This document shows, in pieces, positions 50,069 through 59,495 of a DNA stretch of 64,000 bases. Both the position numbers and the translations under genes were made by a program. The DNA is from an uncultured Chloroflexia bacterium. GTDB lineage: Bacteria; Chloroflexota; Limnocylindria; Limnocylindrales; CSP1-4. Every line of letters starts with the position of its first letter. The stretch's first letter is position 1. The stretch is from assembly GCA_963712745.1 (NCBI GenBank), contig CAVQJC010000011.1, positions 128,001-192,000 of the forward strand, read 5' to 3'. Below the pieces are notes generated by a model. The model did no database searches. It saw only the letters and a program-made list of their open reading frames with translations, and had not been told where the DNA came from.

Positions 50069-51760
50069 TCAGCCAGTGCCGTCAGGATCGCGCAGGCTGG
50101 CGTAGACGCGCATGGGCACACGCGGGTAGCCCGACGCTCCGCGCGGGAAGGGCTCGGAGACCTCGTCGGTCTGCCACACTCCGTCGCCGTCAGCCGCTCG
50201 TGCCGTGAACAGGACCTGCCCGGGCTCGTCCAGCACCAGCTCTGCCCGCCAGCGCACCCAGGTCAGACGGCCGATGGGCCCGCCGAGGGGCTCGAGCTCG
50301 GCATTGCGCCAGGAAGCCCCACGGTCGAGGCTGTACTGCACCGCCGAGATGCCCCGGTCGCCCGAGCTGGCCACGCCGAGGGCGGTGAAGGGCCGGCCGG
50401 CGAGGACGGAGTCGCTGATGCCATCCGCGATGGGCAGGTCGATGCGGCAGTAGGTGCGGACCGGAGCGTCGGTCTGCCACCCGCCCTTGACCCACCAGCC
50501 CGGCTCGTCGACTGCGCTGAGGACCATGTCGGTGATGTGCTTGGGCTGAGCCATGCCGTAGCGCCCGGCCACCAGCAGCCGGAGCGGCTGGCCGTGCTCT
50601 GGTGGAAGGGGCGTGCCGGGCGGGCCCATCTCGTAGACCAGCCAGGTGTCCGCGTCCATGGCCGTCTCCAGGTCCAGCGACTCGTGGTATCCGTCTGCGC
50701 AGCGCCAGATGACGAAGCGAGCGTCGGGATGCGGTCCCACCCGGTCGAGCAGGTCCGCCACGCGAGCGCCCTGCCAGCGCTGGTTGCCGATGAGCTCGCT
50801 GCGCGTGATCGATTCGGCGCTGATGCACTGGAGCGTGCGGAAGGCCTCGTAGGCTGGAAGGGCGTGCAGGTCTTCCAGAGTCCATGAGCCGGGCCGCTCG
50901 ACGAGGCCGTCGATGTTGAGGGACCAGGTCGCCGGGTCGATCTCCATGGGGATCCAGTCCTTGGACACGAAGTAGAACTCGGGCACCGGAGTGACCGCCC
51001 GTACGTAGCCGAACCCAGGCTCTCCCGGCGGGTCCACCTGACCGGGCAGGGCCGTGCGCGGTCGGGGGATGACCCGGGAGGCCAGCAGGAGCCCGGAGGC
51101 TGCCAGGGAGCCGAGGCCGGCGAACACCACCAGTCCGGCCACGAAGCGGCGGCGGGAAAGGGCGGAGGCAGAACCGTCAGCCTGGATCGTGACGAGGCCT
51201 GCAGCATCGGTCGGCTTGGGGCCGGCAGCATTCCCTGGTGCCGTGCCGGCCGGCTCCTGGCCGATCCACAGCCAGAGCGTGGCGACGGCCCCATATGCGA
51301 CCGATGCGGCTGCGAGGGGGAGATGCACTGCGGCCGCCTCGGAGATCAGGTCCGAGCCGGCCAATCCCACGCCGGCCAGCGGCATCACCACCAGCTCGCC
51401 CAGCGTGAACGCGACCGCGCCCAGCAAGATGGCGTCTACGACCGAGCCCCAGCGGCTCAGGATGCGCAGGCCGCTCATGAGCCAGGCGAGCGCAGCGCCG
51501 ACGACGGGCATGGCCGCGCAGACTCCGACGATGAGGGCGCCCTTGGCGATCGGGCCCAGCGTCTTGATGCCCCAGTCGAAGAGCCACGGCGGCATCGCTC
51601 GGGCGATCCCATCGGAGGCGACCTCCAGGATGCCCGGCGAACCACCGCCGAAGCGTGCCAGCAGCAGGATGAGGAGCGCGACACAGCCGCCGAGCCCACC
51701 AGCGATCAGGGCGTTGCGCCCACTCGTCGCGCGGTCCCGCGGCGCGGCACGGTCCTTCAT
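50069..51760 (-). CDS. Membrane-anchored sulfite-oxidase-family molybdopterin oxidoreductase
   Basis: N-terminal TM helices, internal SRRRF, FYFVSK, TLQCIS (Mo-ligand Cys), DGYHESL, EHGQPLRL...GRYG, C-terminal dimerisation domain. Confidence 0.88.
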   Translation of the reverse strand: MKDRAAPRDRATSGRNALIAGGLGGCVALLILLLARFGGGSPGILEVASDGIARAMPPWLFDWGIKTLGPIAKGALIVGVCAAMPVVGAALAWLMSGLRILSRWGSVVDAILLGAVAFTLGELVVMPLAGVGLAGSDLISEAAAVHLPLAAASVAYGAVATLWLWIGQEPAGTAPGNAAGPKPTDAAGLVTIQADGSASALSRRRFVAGLVVFAGLGSLAASGLLLASRVIPRPRTALPGQVDPPGEPGFGYVRAVTPVPEFYFVSKDWIPMEIDPATWSLNIDGLVERPGSWTLEDLHALPAYEAFRTLQCISAESITRSELIGNQRWQGARVADLLDRVGPHPDARFVIWRCADGYHESLDLETAMDADTWLVYEMGPPGTPLPPEHGQPLRLLVAGRYGMAQPKHITDMVLSAVDEPGWWVKGGWQTDAPVRTYCRIDLPIADGISDSVLAGRPFTALGVASSGDRGISAVQYSLDRGASWRNAELEPLGGPIGRLTWVRWRAELVLDEPGQVLFTARAADGDGVWQTDEVSEPFPRGASGYPRVPMRVYASLRDPDGTG

Positions 51761-52581
51761 CGGTCAAGCAGTGCGGCCAGGTCGGCGAGCGTGAGGTAGT
51801 CGCCGGGAGTGGCCGCCGAACGGTTCTCGAGGATCTCTGCCCGTGGCCCGCCTGGGTCGCCCAGCGATGTCACCACCAGCGCGGCCTCGCTGAAATCCTC
51901 GTCCTCCGTGTAGCCGTTCACCGTGACCAGGGTCGTCAGGCCCGCTCCGACCGCTGCCAGCAGGCCGTTTCGCGAATCCTCGACCACGATCGCCCCGGCG
52001 GCCCCGATACCGAGCCGCTCGAGCGCCAGCAGGTAGATGTCCGGTGCCGGCTTCTTGCGCGCGACCACGTCGCCGGCGAGGACGAGGAAGTCGGCCGCCA
52101 CATCGCCGCCGGCCGCCGCACGGCCGTCCGCCGCCGCATCGCCGCCGTCCGCCGCGTCAGCGCGGGCAGCGTTCTCCAGGATGGCCCGCACGGAGGCCTC
52201 GGCAGAGGTCGAGCACACCGCCAGCCCCCAGCCCGCCGCTCGTGCCTCCTCGACGATGCGCCTGATGCCGGGCCGGGGCGGGAGTCGTCCGGCCTTCGCC
52301 ATCTCGACGTACAGCTCGGTCTTGCGCTTGTGCCATCTGGCGATCTCGGCGGCCTGACCCTCGGGCTCGCCCGGGAGGCCGGCCAGGGCCACGAACTCCG
52401 GTGTGAGCAGCGAGGCCATGCGCTCCTTACCGCCACCGATCCTGAGCGCCCGGCCGTAGTCCTCCTCGGTCCAGCGCACCGGCAGCCCGAACTCCGCGAA
52501 CGTCTGGTTGAAGGCCGGCAGGTGACCATCGCGCTCGGTGTCAGCGAGGACCCCGTCGCAATCGAAGATGAGTGCGGTCAC
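51757..52581 (-). CDS. HAD-IA hydrolase (CbbY-like sugar-phosphate phosphatase)
   Basis: FDCDGVLADTERDGH...FN, IGGGKER, KKPAPDIY, EDSRNG. Confidence 0.9.
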   Translation of the reverse strand: MTALIFDCDGVLADTERDGHLPAFNQTFAEFGLPVRWTEEDYGRALRIGGGKERMASLLTPEFVALAGLPGEPEGQAAEIARWHKRKTELYVEMAKAGRLPPRPGIRRIVEEARAAGWGLAVCSTSAEASVRAILENAARADAADGGDAAADGRAAAGGDVAADFLVLAGDVVARKKPAPDIYLLALERLGIGAAGAIVVEDSRNGLLAAVGAGLTTLVTVNGYTEDEDFSEAALVVTSLGDPGGPRAEILENRSAATPGDYLTLADLAALLDR

Positions 52582-53429
52582 GCGCGGCCCTCGGCCCCGA
52601 ACATGCGGATGTGCTCCGTGGCCATGGCCATGACCGCCTCGCGCACGTGCCCGAACAGCTTCGGCGGGTCGGCGGCCTCGGGGTGCCCGGCCAGGTACTC
52701 GCGGTTCGCCTCCACGTAGGCGATCTTCAAGGCGGTCGAGACGTTGACCTTGGCGCAGCCGCGGGCGATGAGGTCGCGGAACTGGTCCGCCGATAGCCCA
52801 GTCCCACCGTGAAGCGCCATGGGGATACCGGTGGCCGCCACCAGGTCGCTGATGCGCTCATGGTCAAGCTGGGGGCGGGCCTTGTACATGCCGTGGGCGT
52901 TGCCGATTGCCGGAGCAAAGATGTCGACCCCGGTGCGCTCGATGAAGGCGACAGCGACCTCCAGCGTCTGGATCGGCCCCGCCTCGTCGGAGCCGATGCC
53001 GTCCTCGACACCTCGGATACCCTCGATCTCGCCCTCCACCGCCGCGCCGTATCGCCGCGCCTCGGCCACGACCTCCAGACACTGGCGCTCGTTCTCCTCC
53101 ACCGACAGCTCGTGAGCATCGAAGAGGACCGAGTCCCAGCCCGCCGCCAGGCAGGCACTGATGACCTCACGGTCGGGGCAGTGGTCGAGGTGCAGCGCCA
53201 CGGGCACGGTGATAGCGGCGATCATCGCGTCCCACATGCCCTTGAGCACCTCGAGTCCCATCGAGTGCACCGTCTTGACCGAGGTCTGGACGATCAGGGG
53301 TGCTCGCGCCTGCTCGGCAGCAGCCAGCACGGCCTCCATGGTGAGGTCGTTGACGACGTTGATGGCGGGCACGCCATAGCCACCCTCGAGGGCTCGCCCG
53401 ACGATCTCGATGGTCGCGGTCCTGGGCAT
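52578..53429 (-). CDS. Class II ketose-bisphosphate aldolase (Fba/GatY family)
   Basis: LHLDH, VEGEIE, AIGNAHG, ALHGGTG, KVNVST. Start could instead be 53459. Confidence 0.9.
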   Translation of the reverse strand: MPRTATIEIVGRALEGGYGVPAINVVNDLTMEAVLAAAEQARAPLIVQTSVKTVHSMGLEVLKGMWDAMIAAITVPVALHLDHCPDREVISACLAAGWDSVLFDAHELSVEENERQCLEVVAEARRYGAAVEGEIEGIRGVEDGIGSDEAGPIQTLEVAVAFIERTGVDIFAPAIGNAHGMYKARPQLDHERISDLVAATGIPMALHGGTGLSADQFRDLIARGCAKVNVSTALKIAYVEANREYLAGHPEAADPPKLFGHVREAVMAMATEHIRMFGAEGRA

Positions 53430-53492
53430 GGCCAGACCATGATGAACGTCGGTGGCCACAACTGTTGTGCCCGCCGCCGCTCGGCCGTCGAG

Positions 53493-56400
53493 TCAGCCCC
53501 TGGCCGTGCCGTCCCAGTAGCGCTGCGCCAGGGCCCACGCATCCTTGCCGCACAGCGAGCCCATGACCCGGCCGCGCAGGTCGTCGGCGCTGATGTGGAT
53601 GCCGCCGTAGAGGCGGCTGATGCCGGCCTGGTCGGCCGCGTCGTAGTAGGTCGCCCACTGCAGCTCGACATCCTCGTCGGGCCCGCGCTCGAACTGCAGC
53701 GAGCCGGCGGGGACCGTCCAGCTGGACAGGCCGCCGGGGAAGTACTCGGAGCCGGTCATGGCCGCGAGCACCTCGGCCGCGGCGCGGCTGAACGTGGAGT
53801 GGCCGCTGACGTAGCCGGCGAAGGCCGGCGTCACGAAGGTCGCCTTCTGGTAGGGCACCCACTCGACCGCGCGGATCCAGTCCACGCCGCCGATGTCGTG
53901 GACCGCATCGTACGGACCACCGGTCCAGGCGCGGATGGCGATCTCGCCGAGATGGTCGGCGAGGTGGGCGTGGCGCCCGCCGGGGGCCGAGCTGGCCGCG
54001 GTGATGAGCTCGACCTGGCCCGCGACGAGGGGCAGGCCGTGGGGGTGGTACGAGGGCAGCGCCGGGTCGCTCGACTGGCCCAGACCGCCCAGGTAGCGGA
54101 TCATGGCGATGGGCCGGGTGTAGTCGTAGTAGCCCTTGGCACCCCAGGCCGCGACGGCGGCATCGTGGACCGCGCCGTTGAGCGCGAGGTACAGCTTCAC
54201 GTCCCACTCGAGCGGATCGAGCTCGGGACCGTCGCCGCCCAGGCGGCGCTCGAAGCCGGGTGTGTCGGTGACCGCGTTGGCCAGCGTGTTCCAGTGGCCG
54301 GGCGGCGTCTCCGAGTCGGGCCCGTCGGCCCAGAACTCGGCGAGCACGCGACCGAAGTCGGCGCGCGGCACCACCACCGACTCGTACGGCTCGCCGGTGA
54401 CCGGATTGCGCGCGTGGCCGGTGCCGTCGTTGGTGCCGAGGGTGTTGCCACCAAGGGCTCGGGGTGAGATGTCCTGCCTGACCCCGTCGCGCGGATCGAG
54501 CAGGCTGCTGAAGGCGATGACCTCCTCGGCCGCCGCCTTGAACGCCGCCTCGGTCCGGGGATCGCCGAGCAAGGGCGGCGGGCCCGGGTCGATGGGCACA
54601 CCGATGTCCGAGGCGGGCAGGGCGAAGGCGGTGACACGGCCCCAGTGCTGACCCACGAAGTGCTGGGGTCCATCGGGCAGGAGCTGGCCGTTCTGGGCGA
54701 TGGACGTCTTGAGCGCCAACGGCTGCCAGCGATCGGGGTCGACCATGACCGTGCCGGGGAGCGCCACGATCATGGGCTCGTTGACCGGCCGGTAGTCGCG
54801 CTTGGGATAGGTGTAGCCCTGGCGCTCGCGGGCGCCGTCCTCGAGCCCGCGCTCGATGATGCGCGCAGCGATGCGGTTACCGACCGCCGCGGGGGTCTGG
54901 CCCGTCCTGCGCGTGCGCCCCACGGGGTAGCACAGGGCCGCCATCAACCCGTCGAACCGCTGCAGGCTCTCCGCACCGCCGATGGCGTCGCGGTAGCGAT
55001 GCCTGAGCAGGCCGTAGGCGGCGTAGCTGATGGCCCGCTCGCGCGCCGCTCGGGGATCGACACGCGTCTGCTTCTCGGTCACGAAGACACCGTCGGCGGC
55101 CGGGTCGTAGGCGGCCCAGGCATCCCACATCGCAGCCGAGAGGTGATAGAGGTTGCGCGCATGCACGGTGGGCGCTGGGAAGTCGCGGCGGATGGCGTCG
55201 AGCAGGGCCTCGTCCCACAGGCGCGCCACCGACTTGTCGGGATCGGCGGTGCGGGTGCAGGTCGCCGGATCGACCGGTTCGATGGCGGGCAGCTGCGGGG
55301 TCCCAGGTTCCTCCACCGCCGCCGGGGCGCCGGTCAGTTCGGTCGCCGAGGGCAGCACCACAGGATCCCCGCCCCCACGCTCGATGCGGATCCGCTGGTC
55401 GGCGGCGACCGCCATCCAGTCCCCGACCTCGCCGTCGGGCCAGGTCACCCGTACCTCGGCCCGCTGCGCATCGCCCAGGCCGAAGTGGTGGCTGCCGAGC
55501 TGGCCACCGCCGTGCCCACCTCCGACGGTCGCTTCCCGCCGCTGGGTCTGGCCGTTGCTTCTGACCTCGATCCAGGCGCCCACCGCGTCCCGATTGGCGC
55601 CTTCCTGTGCGAGGCTGACGGCGAGCCAGCGACCTATCGGTCGCGGCCGTTCGGCAGTCCCGGAGCCGACGTTGCGCCAGACCTCTACCGGCTCGCCCAG
55701 GTTCACTTCCACGATGTCCAGCAGTCCGTCCAGGTTCAGGTCTGCCACCGCGGCCCCGCGTCCCCGGGCGTAGCCGAGGAGTCCGGACCGCTCGGTGCGC
55801 TCGATGAACACGCCCTCGGCGGAGCCGAGCATCAGGCTGCTGGGGTCTGCCGTAGCGCGGTCGGGCATGGCATCCACGTTGCCCTTGGAGACGAACAGGT
55901 CGACGCGCCCGTCGTTGTTGACGTCCTGGAACTCGGCGTGCCAGGAGGTCGATGGTCGCTCATCGTCTCCAGCGACCGGCCGACCCGACTCCACGCCGCG
56001 CTGCTTGGCGACGTTCTTGAACGCGGGCTGCTCCGGCCCCTGTGCGAGCGTCTCGAGCCGATTGCCGAACATGCTCGTGAGATAGGCCTCTGGGTAGCCG
56101 TCGCCACCAACGTCGTGGCTGGCGATGCCCATGCCCCAGATGTTGACCCGTGCCCAGCCGTCATCCTCGGTGTACAGCGAGGGTGGTCCCTCGTCGTGTA
56201 TCCGCCACAACTGCTCCTGGCCATCTCGCAGGTAGAATTCGCGGTCGTTGGTGACCCGCAGGTCACGACGACCCGAGCGATCCCAGTCGCTGAAGAGCAT
56301 CGAGAGCGTGCACCAGCCAGGCGTGAGGCTTGTCGCCGGCCCGTAGGTCTTCGCTTCGGTCGCAGGTCGGAAGAGCCGGTTGTCCGCGCAGCCGGAGGTA

Positions 56401-57008
56401 AGCGCACCGTTCTCATCGACAGCCTGGTAGTTGCCGAAGGCCAGCGTCGGGAGGATGGCGCCTCCTTCCCAGGTGGCGCTGAAGGCCGTGGTCCAGTCGT
56501 TGCCGGGGTCGAGGCCCAGTGCCTCGCTGCCAGGCTCGAAGCGGCAATCGCCGAGGCCGCGAAGCACCATGTTCTCGCCGCGCCGCAGCACGACGAGGTC
56601 GTCGATCTCATCACTGTCGACATCGAGCGGATAGGCACCCGAGACGCTCACCAGGTCGGTCACCTCGTGGGCCACGCGGCCGAAGCGCAGTGGCCCGCCA
56701 GCCACGCTCTGGTTGCGATACAGCGCAGCCGGGCTGCTGCCACCGGCGATGTACAGGTCGGGCCGGCCGTCGTCGTCGCAGTCGAACACCGCCACCCCAC
56801 CGCCCACGGCGAACTCATAGCCGCCATCGGGAAGCTCCGGTGTGAAGCCGTGGGTGTAGGTGTGCGCCAGGCCTGACGCAGACGTCTCATCGACGTAGTG
56901 CGGGGTCTCGACGTCCGTCGTGGCGGCGATCGCGATCGGAGCAGCGACGATCTGGTTGAATGCGAGGGCGACCACCACGATCGAACTCGTCCATCGGGAG
57001 CGCTTCAT
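53493..57008 (-). CDS. Secreted fusion: CRTAC1/FG-GAP beta-propeller + ASPIC/UnbV + vanadium-dependent haloperoxidase
   Basis: Signal peptide; DCDDDGRPDLY and DLNLDGLLD repeats; AVGAWI...HFGLG...VTWPDG (UnbV); SVARLWDE; KGYYDYTRP, PAFAGYVSGH, SRLYGGIH (vanadate-binding motifs). Confidence 0.88.
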   Translation of the reverse strand: MKRSRWTSSIVVVALAFNQIVAAPIAIAATTDVETPHYVDETSASGLAHTYTHGFTPELPDGGYEFAVGGGVAVFDCDDDGRPDLYIAGGSSPAALYRNQSVAGGPLRFGRVAHEVTDLVSVSGAYPLDVDSDEIDDLVVLRRGENMVLRGLGDCRFEPGSEALGLDPGNDWTTAFSATWEGGAILPTLAFGNYQAVDENGALTSGCADNRLFRPATEAKTYGPATSLTPGWCTLSMLFSDWDRSGRRDLRVTNDREFYLRDGQEQLWRIHDEGPPSLYTEDDGWARVNIWGMGIASHDVGGDGYPEAYLTSMFGNRLETLAQGPEQPAFKNVAKQRGVESGRPVAGDDERPSTSWHAEFQDVNNDGRVDLFVSKGNVDAMPDRATADPSSLMLGSAEGVFIERTERSGLLGYARGRGAAVADLNLDGLLDIVEVNLGEPVEVWRNVGSGTAERPRPIGRWLAVSLAQEGANRDAVGAWIEVRSNGQTQRREATVGGGHGGGQLGSHHFGLGDAQRAEVRVTWPDGEVGDWMAVAADQRIRIERGGGDPVVLPSATELTGAPAAVEEPGTPQLPAIEPVDPATCTRTADPDKSVARLWDEALLDAIRRDFPAPTVHARNLYHLSAAMWDAWAAYDPAADGVFVTEKQTRVDPRAARERAISYAAYGLLRHRYRDAIGGAESLQRFDGLMAALCYPVGRTRRTGQTPAAVGNRIAARIIERGLEDGARERQGYTYPKRDYRPVNEPMIVALPGTVMVDPDRWQPLALKTSIAQNGQLLPDGPQHFVGQHWGRVTAFALPASDIGVPIDPGPPPLLGDPRTEAAFKAAAEEVIAFSSLLDPRDGVRQDISPRALGGNTLGTNDGTGHARNPVTGEPYESVVVPRADFGRVLAEFWADGPDSETPPGHWNTLANAVTDTPGFERRLGGDGPELDPLEWDVKLYLALNGAVHDAAVAAWGAKGYYDYTRPIAMIRYLGGLGQSSDPALPSYHPHGLPLVAGQVELITAASSAPGGRHAHLADHLGEIAIRAWTGGPYDAVHDIGGVDWIRAVEWVPYQKATFVTPAFAGYVSGHSTFSRAAAEVLAAMTGSEYFPGGLSSWTVPAGSLQFERGPDEDVELQWATYYDAADQAGISRLYGGIHISADDLRGRVMGSLCGKDAWALAQRYWDGTARG

Positions 57009-58249
57009 CGGGTCTCCTCGCTGCTCGCTCGCACTGGCAGGCTCCGCACGCACCGGAAGAGGCTCTTCTCATCCTGCCACTGGACGTGATCGGCTGCGAT
57101 CTCGAGGCCCGGCATCCGCGCCAGGATGGAGCGCAGCGCCGTCCTCGCCTCCAGCCTGGCCAGCGGGGCGCCGATGCAGAAGTGCACGCCGCTGCCGAAC
57201 GCGATGTGGCGGTTCGGCTTGCGATCGAGATCGAAGGTATCGGGTCGGTCGAAATGGTCGGGGTCGCGGTTCGCCGCCCCCAGCAGCTGGATGACGATCT
57301 GATCCTTGCCCAGTTCATGGCCCCCGAACGAGGTTCTCTCGCTGACACGCCGGAACGTGCGTTGGATGGGGCTGTCAAATCGAAGGCTCTCCTCGATCGC
57401 GCCGCTGAGACTGTCCACGTCCCGACGCGCCAGCTCGAATCGATCGGGGTTCGCGAGCAGACGGTAGAGGCAGTTGGCGATGAGGCTGGTGGTCGTCTCG
57501 TGGCCGCCGATGAGGAAGGTCACGCAGGTCGAGTAGATCTCGTCGACGGTGAGCTGGTCTCCCGCTTCCTCGACGCTGACGAGCTGGCCGAGCAGGTCGT
57601 CGTGGGGGCGCGCGCGTCGCTCGGCCATGAGTTCGCCGATGTAGGCGCGCATGGCGCTGACCGCCTCAGCCGAGATCGGCACCGCCTCGGGGATAGCCCG
57701 GCCCTGTCCCTGGAAGGCCACGATGCCGTCCGACCAGCCCTTGAACCGATCACGGTCCTCCGGCCGTGCCCCCAGCAACTCGGCGATGACGATGGCGGGC
57801 AGGGGATAGGCCAGGTCGGCGACGACATCGAAGCCGACGGCAGGATCCACTCGGTCGAGCAGCCGGTCGACGATGGCCTGGATGCGTGGCTCCATGGCCG
57901 CGATGACACGCGGCGAGAAGGCTTTCTTGATGAGCCCGCGCATGCGCGTGTGATCGGGTGGGTCGGTATGGATGAGGCCGGAGGTGGAGAAGTGCTCCTG
58001 CAGCGGCCCAGCCTCGGCGCGCGCGTCCTCCGGCAATGCATCGATGAGCTCGACCAGGCGCCCCTTGCTGGAGAAGCGTTCGTGGTCCCGCAGCGTCTCC
58101 ACCACATCGTCGTAGCGGGTGACGACCCATGCACCCCAGGCATCGCTCCAGTACACCGGCTCTTGCTCTGACAGCGCGCGATAGGCCGGATACGGGTCCT
58201 GTGCGAACCCGGGGTCGGCGAGCAGCTCGTCAAGGGCGGGTCGAACCAT
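57005..58249 (-). CDS. Cytochrome P450
   Basis: DPPDHTRMR, GGHETT, EESLR, AANRDP, FGSGVHFCIG; stop overlaps the fusion-gene start (ATGA). Confidence 0.95.
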   Translation of the reverse strand: MVRPALDELLADPGFAQDPYPAYRALSEQEPVYWSDAWGAWVVTRYDDVVETLRDHERFSSKGRLVELIDALPEDARAEAGPLQEHFSTSGLIHTDPPDHTRMRGLIKKAFSPRVIAAMEPRIQAIVDRLLDRVDPAVGFDVVADLAYPLPAIVIAELLGARPEDRDRFKGWSDGIVAFQGQGRAIPEAVPISAEAVSAMRAYIGELMAERRARPHDDLLGQLVSVEEAGDQLTVDEIYSTCVTFLIGGHETTTSLIANCLYRLLANPDRFELARRDVDSLSGAIEESLRFDSPIQRTFRRVSERTSFGGHELGKDQIVIQLLGAANRDPDHFDRPDTFDLDRKPNRHIAFGSGVHFCIGAPLARLEARTALRSILARMPGLEIAADHVQWQDEKSLFRCVRSLPVRASSEETR

Positions 58250-58316
58250 CGCTGATCGCCTCTGCTGGGGTGCGGCGAGTTCCGCCACACGCTCGGGCGT
58301 GGACTGTGTGAATGCT

Positions 58317-58339
58317 AATATACAGTCCTTCCTGTCATC
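58317..58339 (-). promoter_or_regulatory. Candidate P450-operon promoter with GACAGG half-site
   Basis: Minus strand GATGACAGGAAGGACTGTATATT; near copy of 26921-26940. Confidence 0.5.
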
Positions 58340-58346
58340 GACCGAT

Positions 58347-59495
58347 TCAGTCGACGGGGTAGCCGCCCATCTCGAGTGCCGCCTCGAACATGGCCACCAC
58401 GTTCTCAGGCGGCACCTCGGACTGGATGTTGTGGCCGGGGGCCAGGACGTAGCCACCGCCAGGGCCGAGCGTCTCGATGCGGCGCTTGACCTCGTCCTTC
58501 ACATCCTGCGGCGAGCCGAAGGGCAGCACATGCTGCGTGTCGATGGCGCCCCAGAAGACGAGATCGTCGCCGAACTCGGCCTTGAGTGCGGCCGTGTCGC
58601 CCATGCCGTCGGCGGAGACCTGCACCGGGTTCAGCGCCTGCACGCCGATCTCGATGTAGTCGCCGAGCATCTCGTGGATGGCGCCGTCGTTGTGCATCAT
58701 GATCACCGCGTCGGTCTTGGCGCGAACGCACTCGAGGAAGCGCGCGTGGTAGGGCTTGACCAGTTCCCGGTACATCTCCGGCTTCATGTAGGGCCGGTCC
58801 TGGAAGCCCATGTCGTCGGCGAACCAGAAGACATCGATCTCGTCGCCCACCTCGTCGAGTGCGTGCTCGGCGATGGCCGAGATCGTGTCCACGACCTTGG
58901 TCATGATGGCCTCGGCCCGCTCAGGGTCGGCGATGAGGTCCATCAGCCAGGGGGCGAAGCCGCGCAGCCGCTGGCACTCGCGAACGACCCCGTAGTGGAA
59001 GTCGAAGACGATGGCGTAGTCGGTCTCGGCTCGGATCTTGGCTACGCGCTCGGCCATGCCGGGATAGCGTCGTGGGTCGTCCGCGACGGGGTAGCCATCC
59101 CACTCCAGGATCTCCTTGGCAGTGATGTCATCGCGCTCCAGCGGACCGGCCAGTGCCGCCGGCTCACCGTCTCCAGAGCGCATCCAGGTGACGCCCCACT
59201 CGTCGAGGAACGAGCCGTCGTCATTGCGTTCCCAGGCCTCCAAGGAGACCAGGCCGATATCGACGAAATCCGCGCCGACCTGCTGGCGGAAGCGCTCGCC
59301 GGGGACGATGAGGCCGGAGGCGGTGAAGGTGCCCTTGTCGGGCTCCTCTGGGATGCCCCACAGCTGCCGCGCACCGTCGTATGGCTCCTGCCGGATGAGA
59401 CTGGCTCCATGTGAGCCAAGGTCGATGGGGATGCGATCCGGTTCCTTGTGGCTCAACGCCGCGAGCGCTCGCTCTCGAGAGGTCATCGCCCCCAT
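58347..59495 (-). CDS. Uroporphyrinogen decarboxylase / MtaA-CmuA methyltransferase superfamily protein
   Basis: MTSRER...EPDRIP, DEWG, DDMGFQ, HNDG, LNPVQ, FWGAIDTQ, GGGYVLAPGHNIQ...PPEN. Confidence 0.9.
   Translation of the reverse strand: MGAMTSRERALAALSHKEPDRIPIDLGSHGASLIRQEPYDGARQLWGIPEEPDKGTFTASGLIVPGERFRQQVGADFVDIGLVSLEAWERNDDGSFLDEWGVTWMRSGDGEPAALAGPLERDDITAKEILEWDGYPVADDPRRYPGMAERVAKIRAETDYAIVFDFHYGVVRECQRLRGFAPWLMDLIADPERAEAIMTKVVDTISAIAEHALDEVGDEIDVFWFADDMGFQDRPYMKPEMYRELVKPYHARFLECVRAKTDAVIMMHNDGAIHEMLGDYIEIGVQALNPVQVSADGMGDTAALKAEFGDDLVFWGAIDTQHVLPFGSPQDVKDEVKRRIETLGPGGGYVLAPGHNIQSEVPPENVVAMFEAALEMGGYPVD

Noticed and set aside
52090-52160. Ala/Asp/Gly repeat insertion in the CbbY-like HAD
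   Set aside because: An in-frame low-complexity loop expansion with no sign of a mobile element.
16368-53429. Calvin cycle (CbbY-like HAD, aldolase, transketolases, Rpi)
   Set aside because: No RuBisCO or phosphoribulokinase is present, and the context is sugar import and catabolism.
58347-59495. hemE for heme synthesis
   Set aside because: It lacks the RQAGR motif of true HemE, and no tetrapyrrole genes are adjacent.
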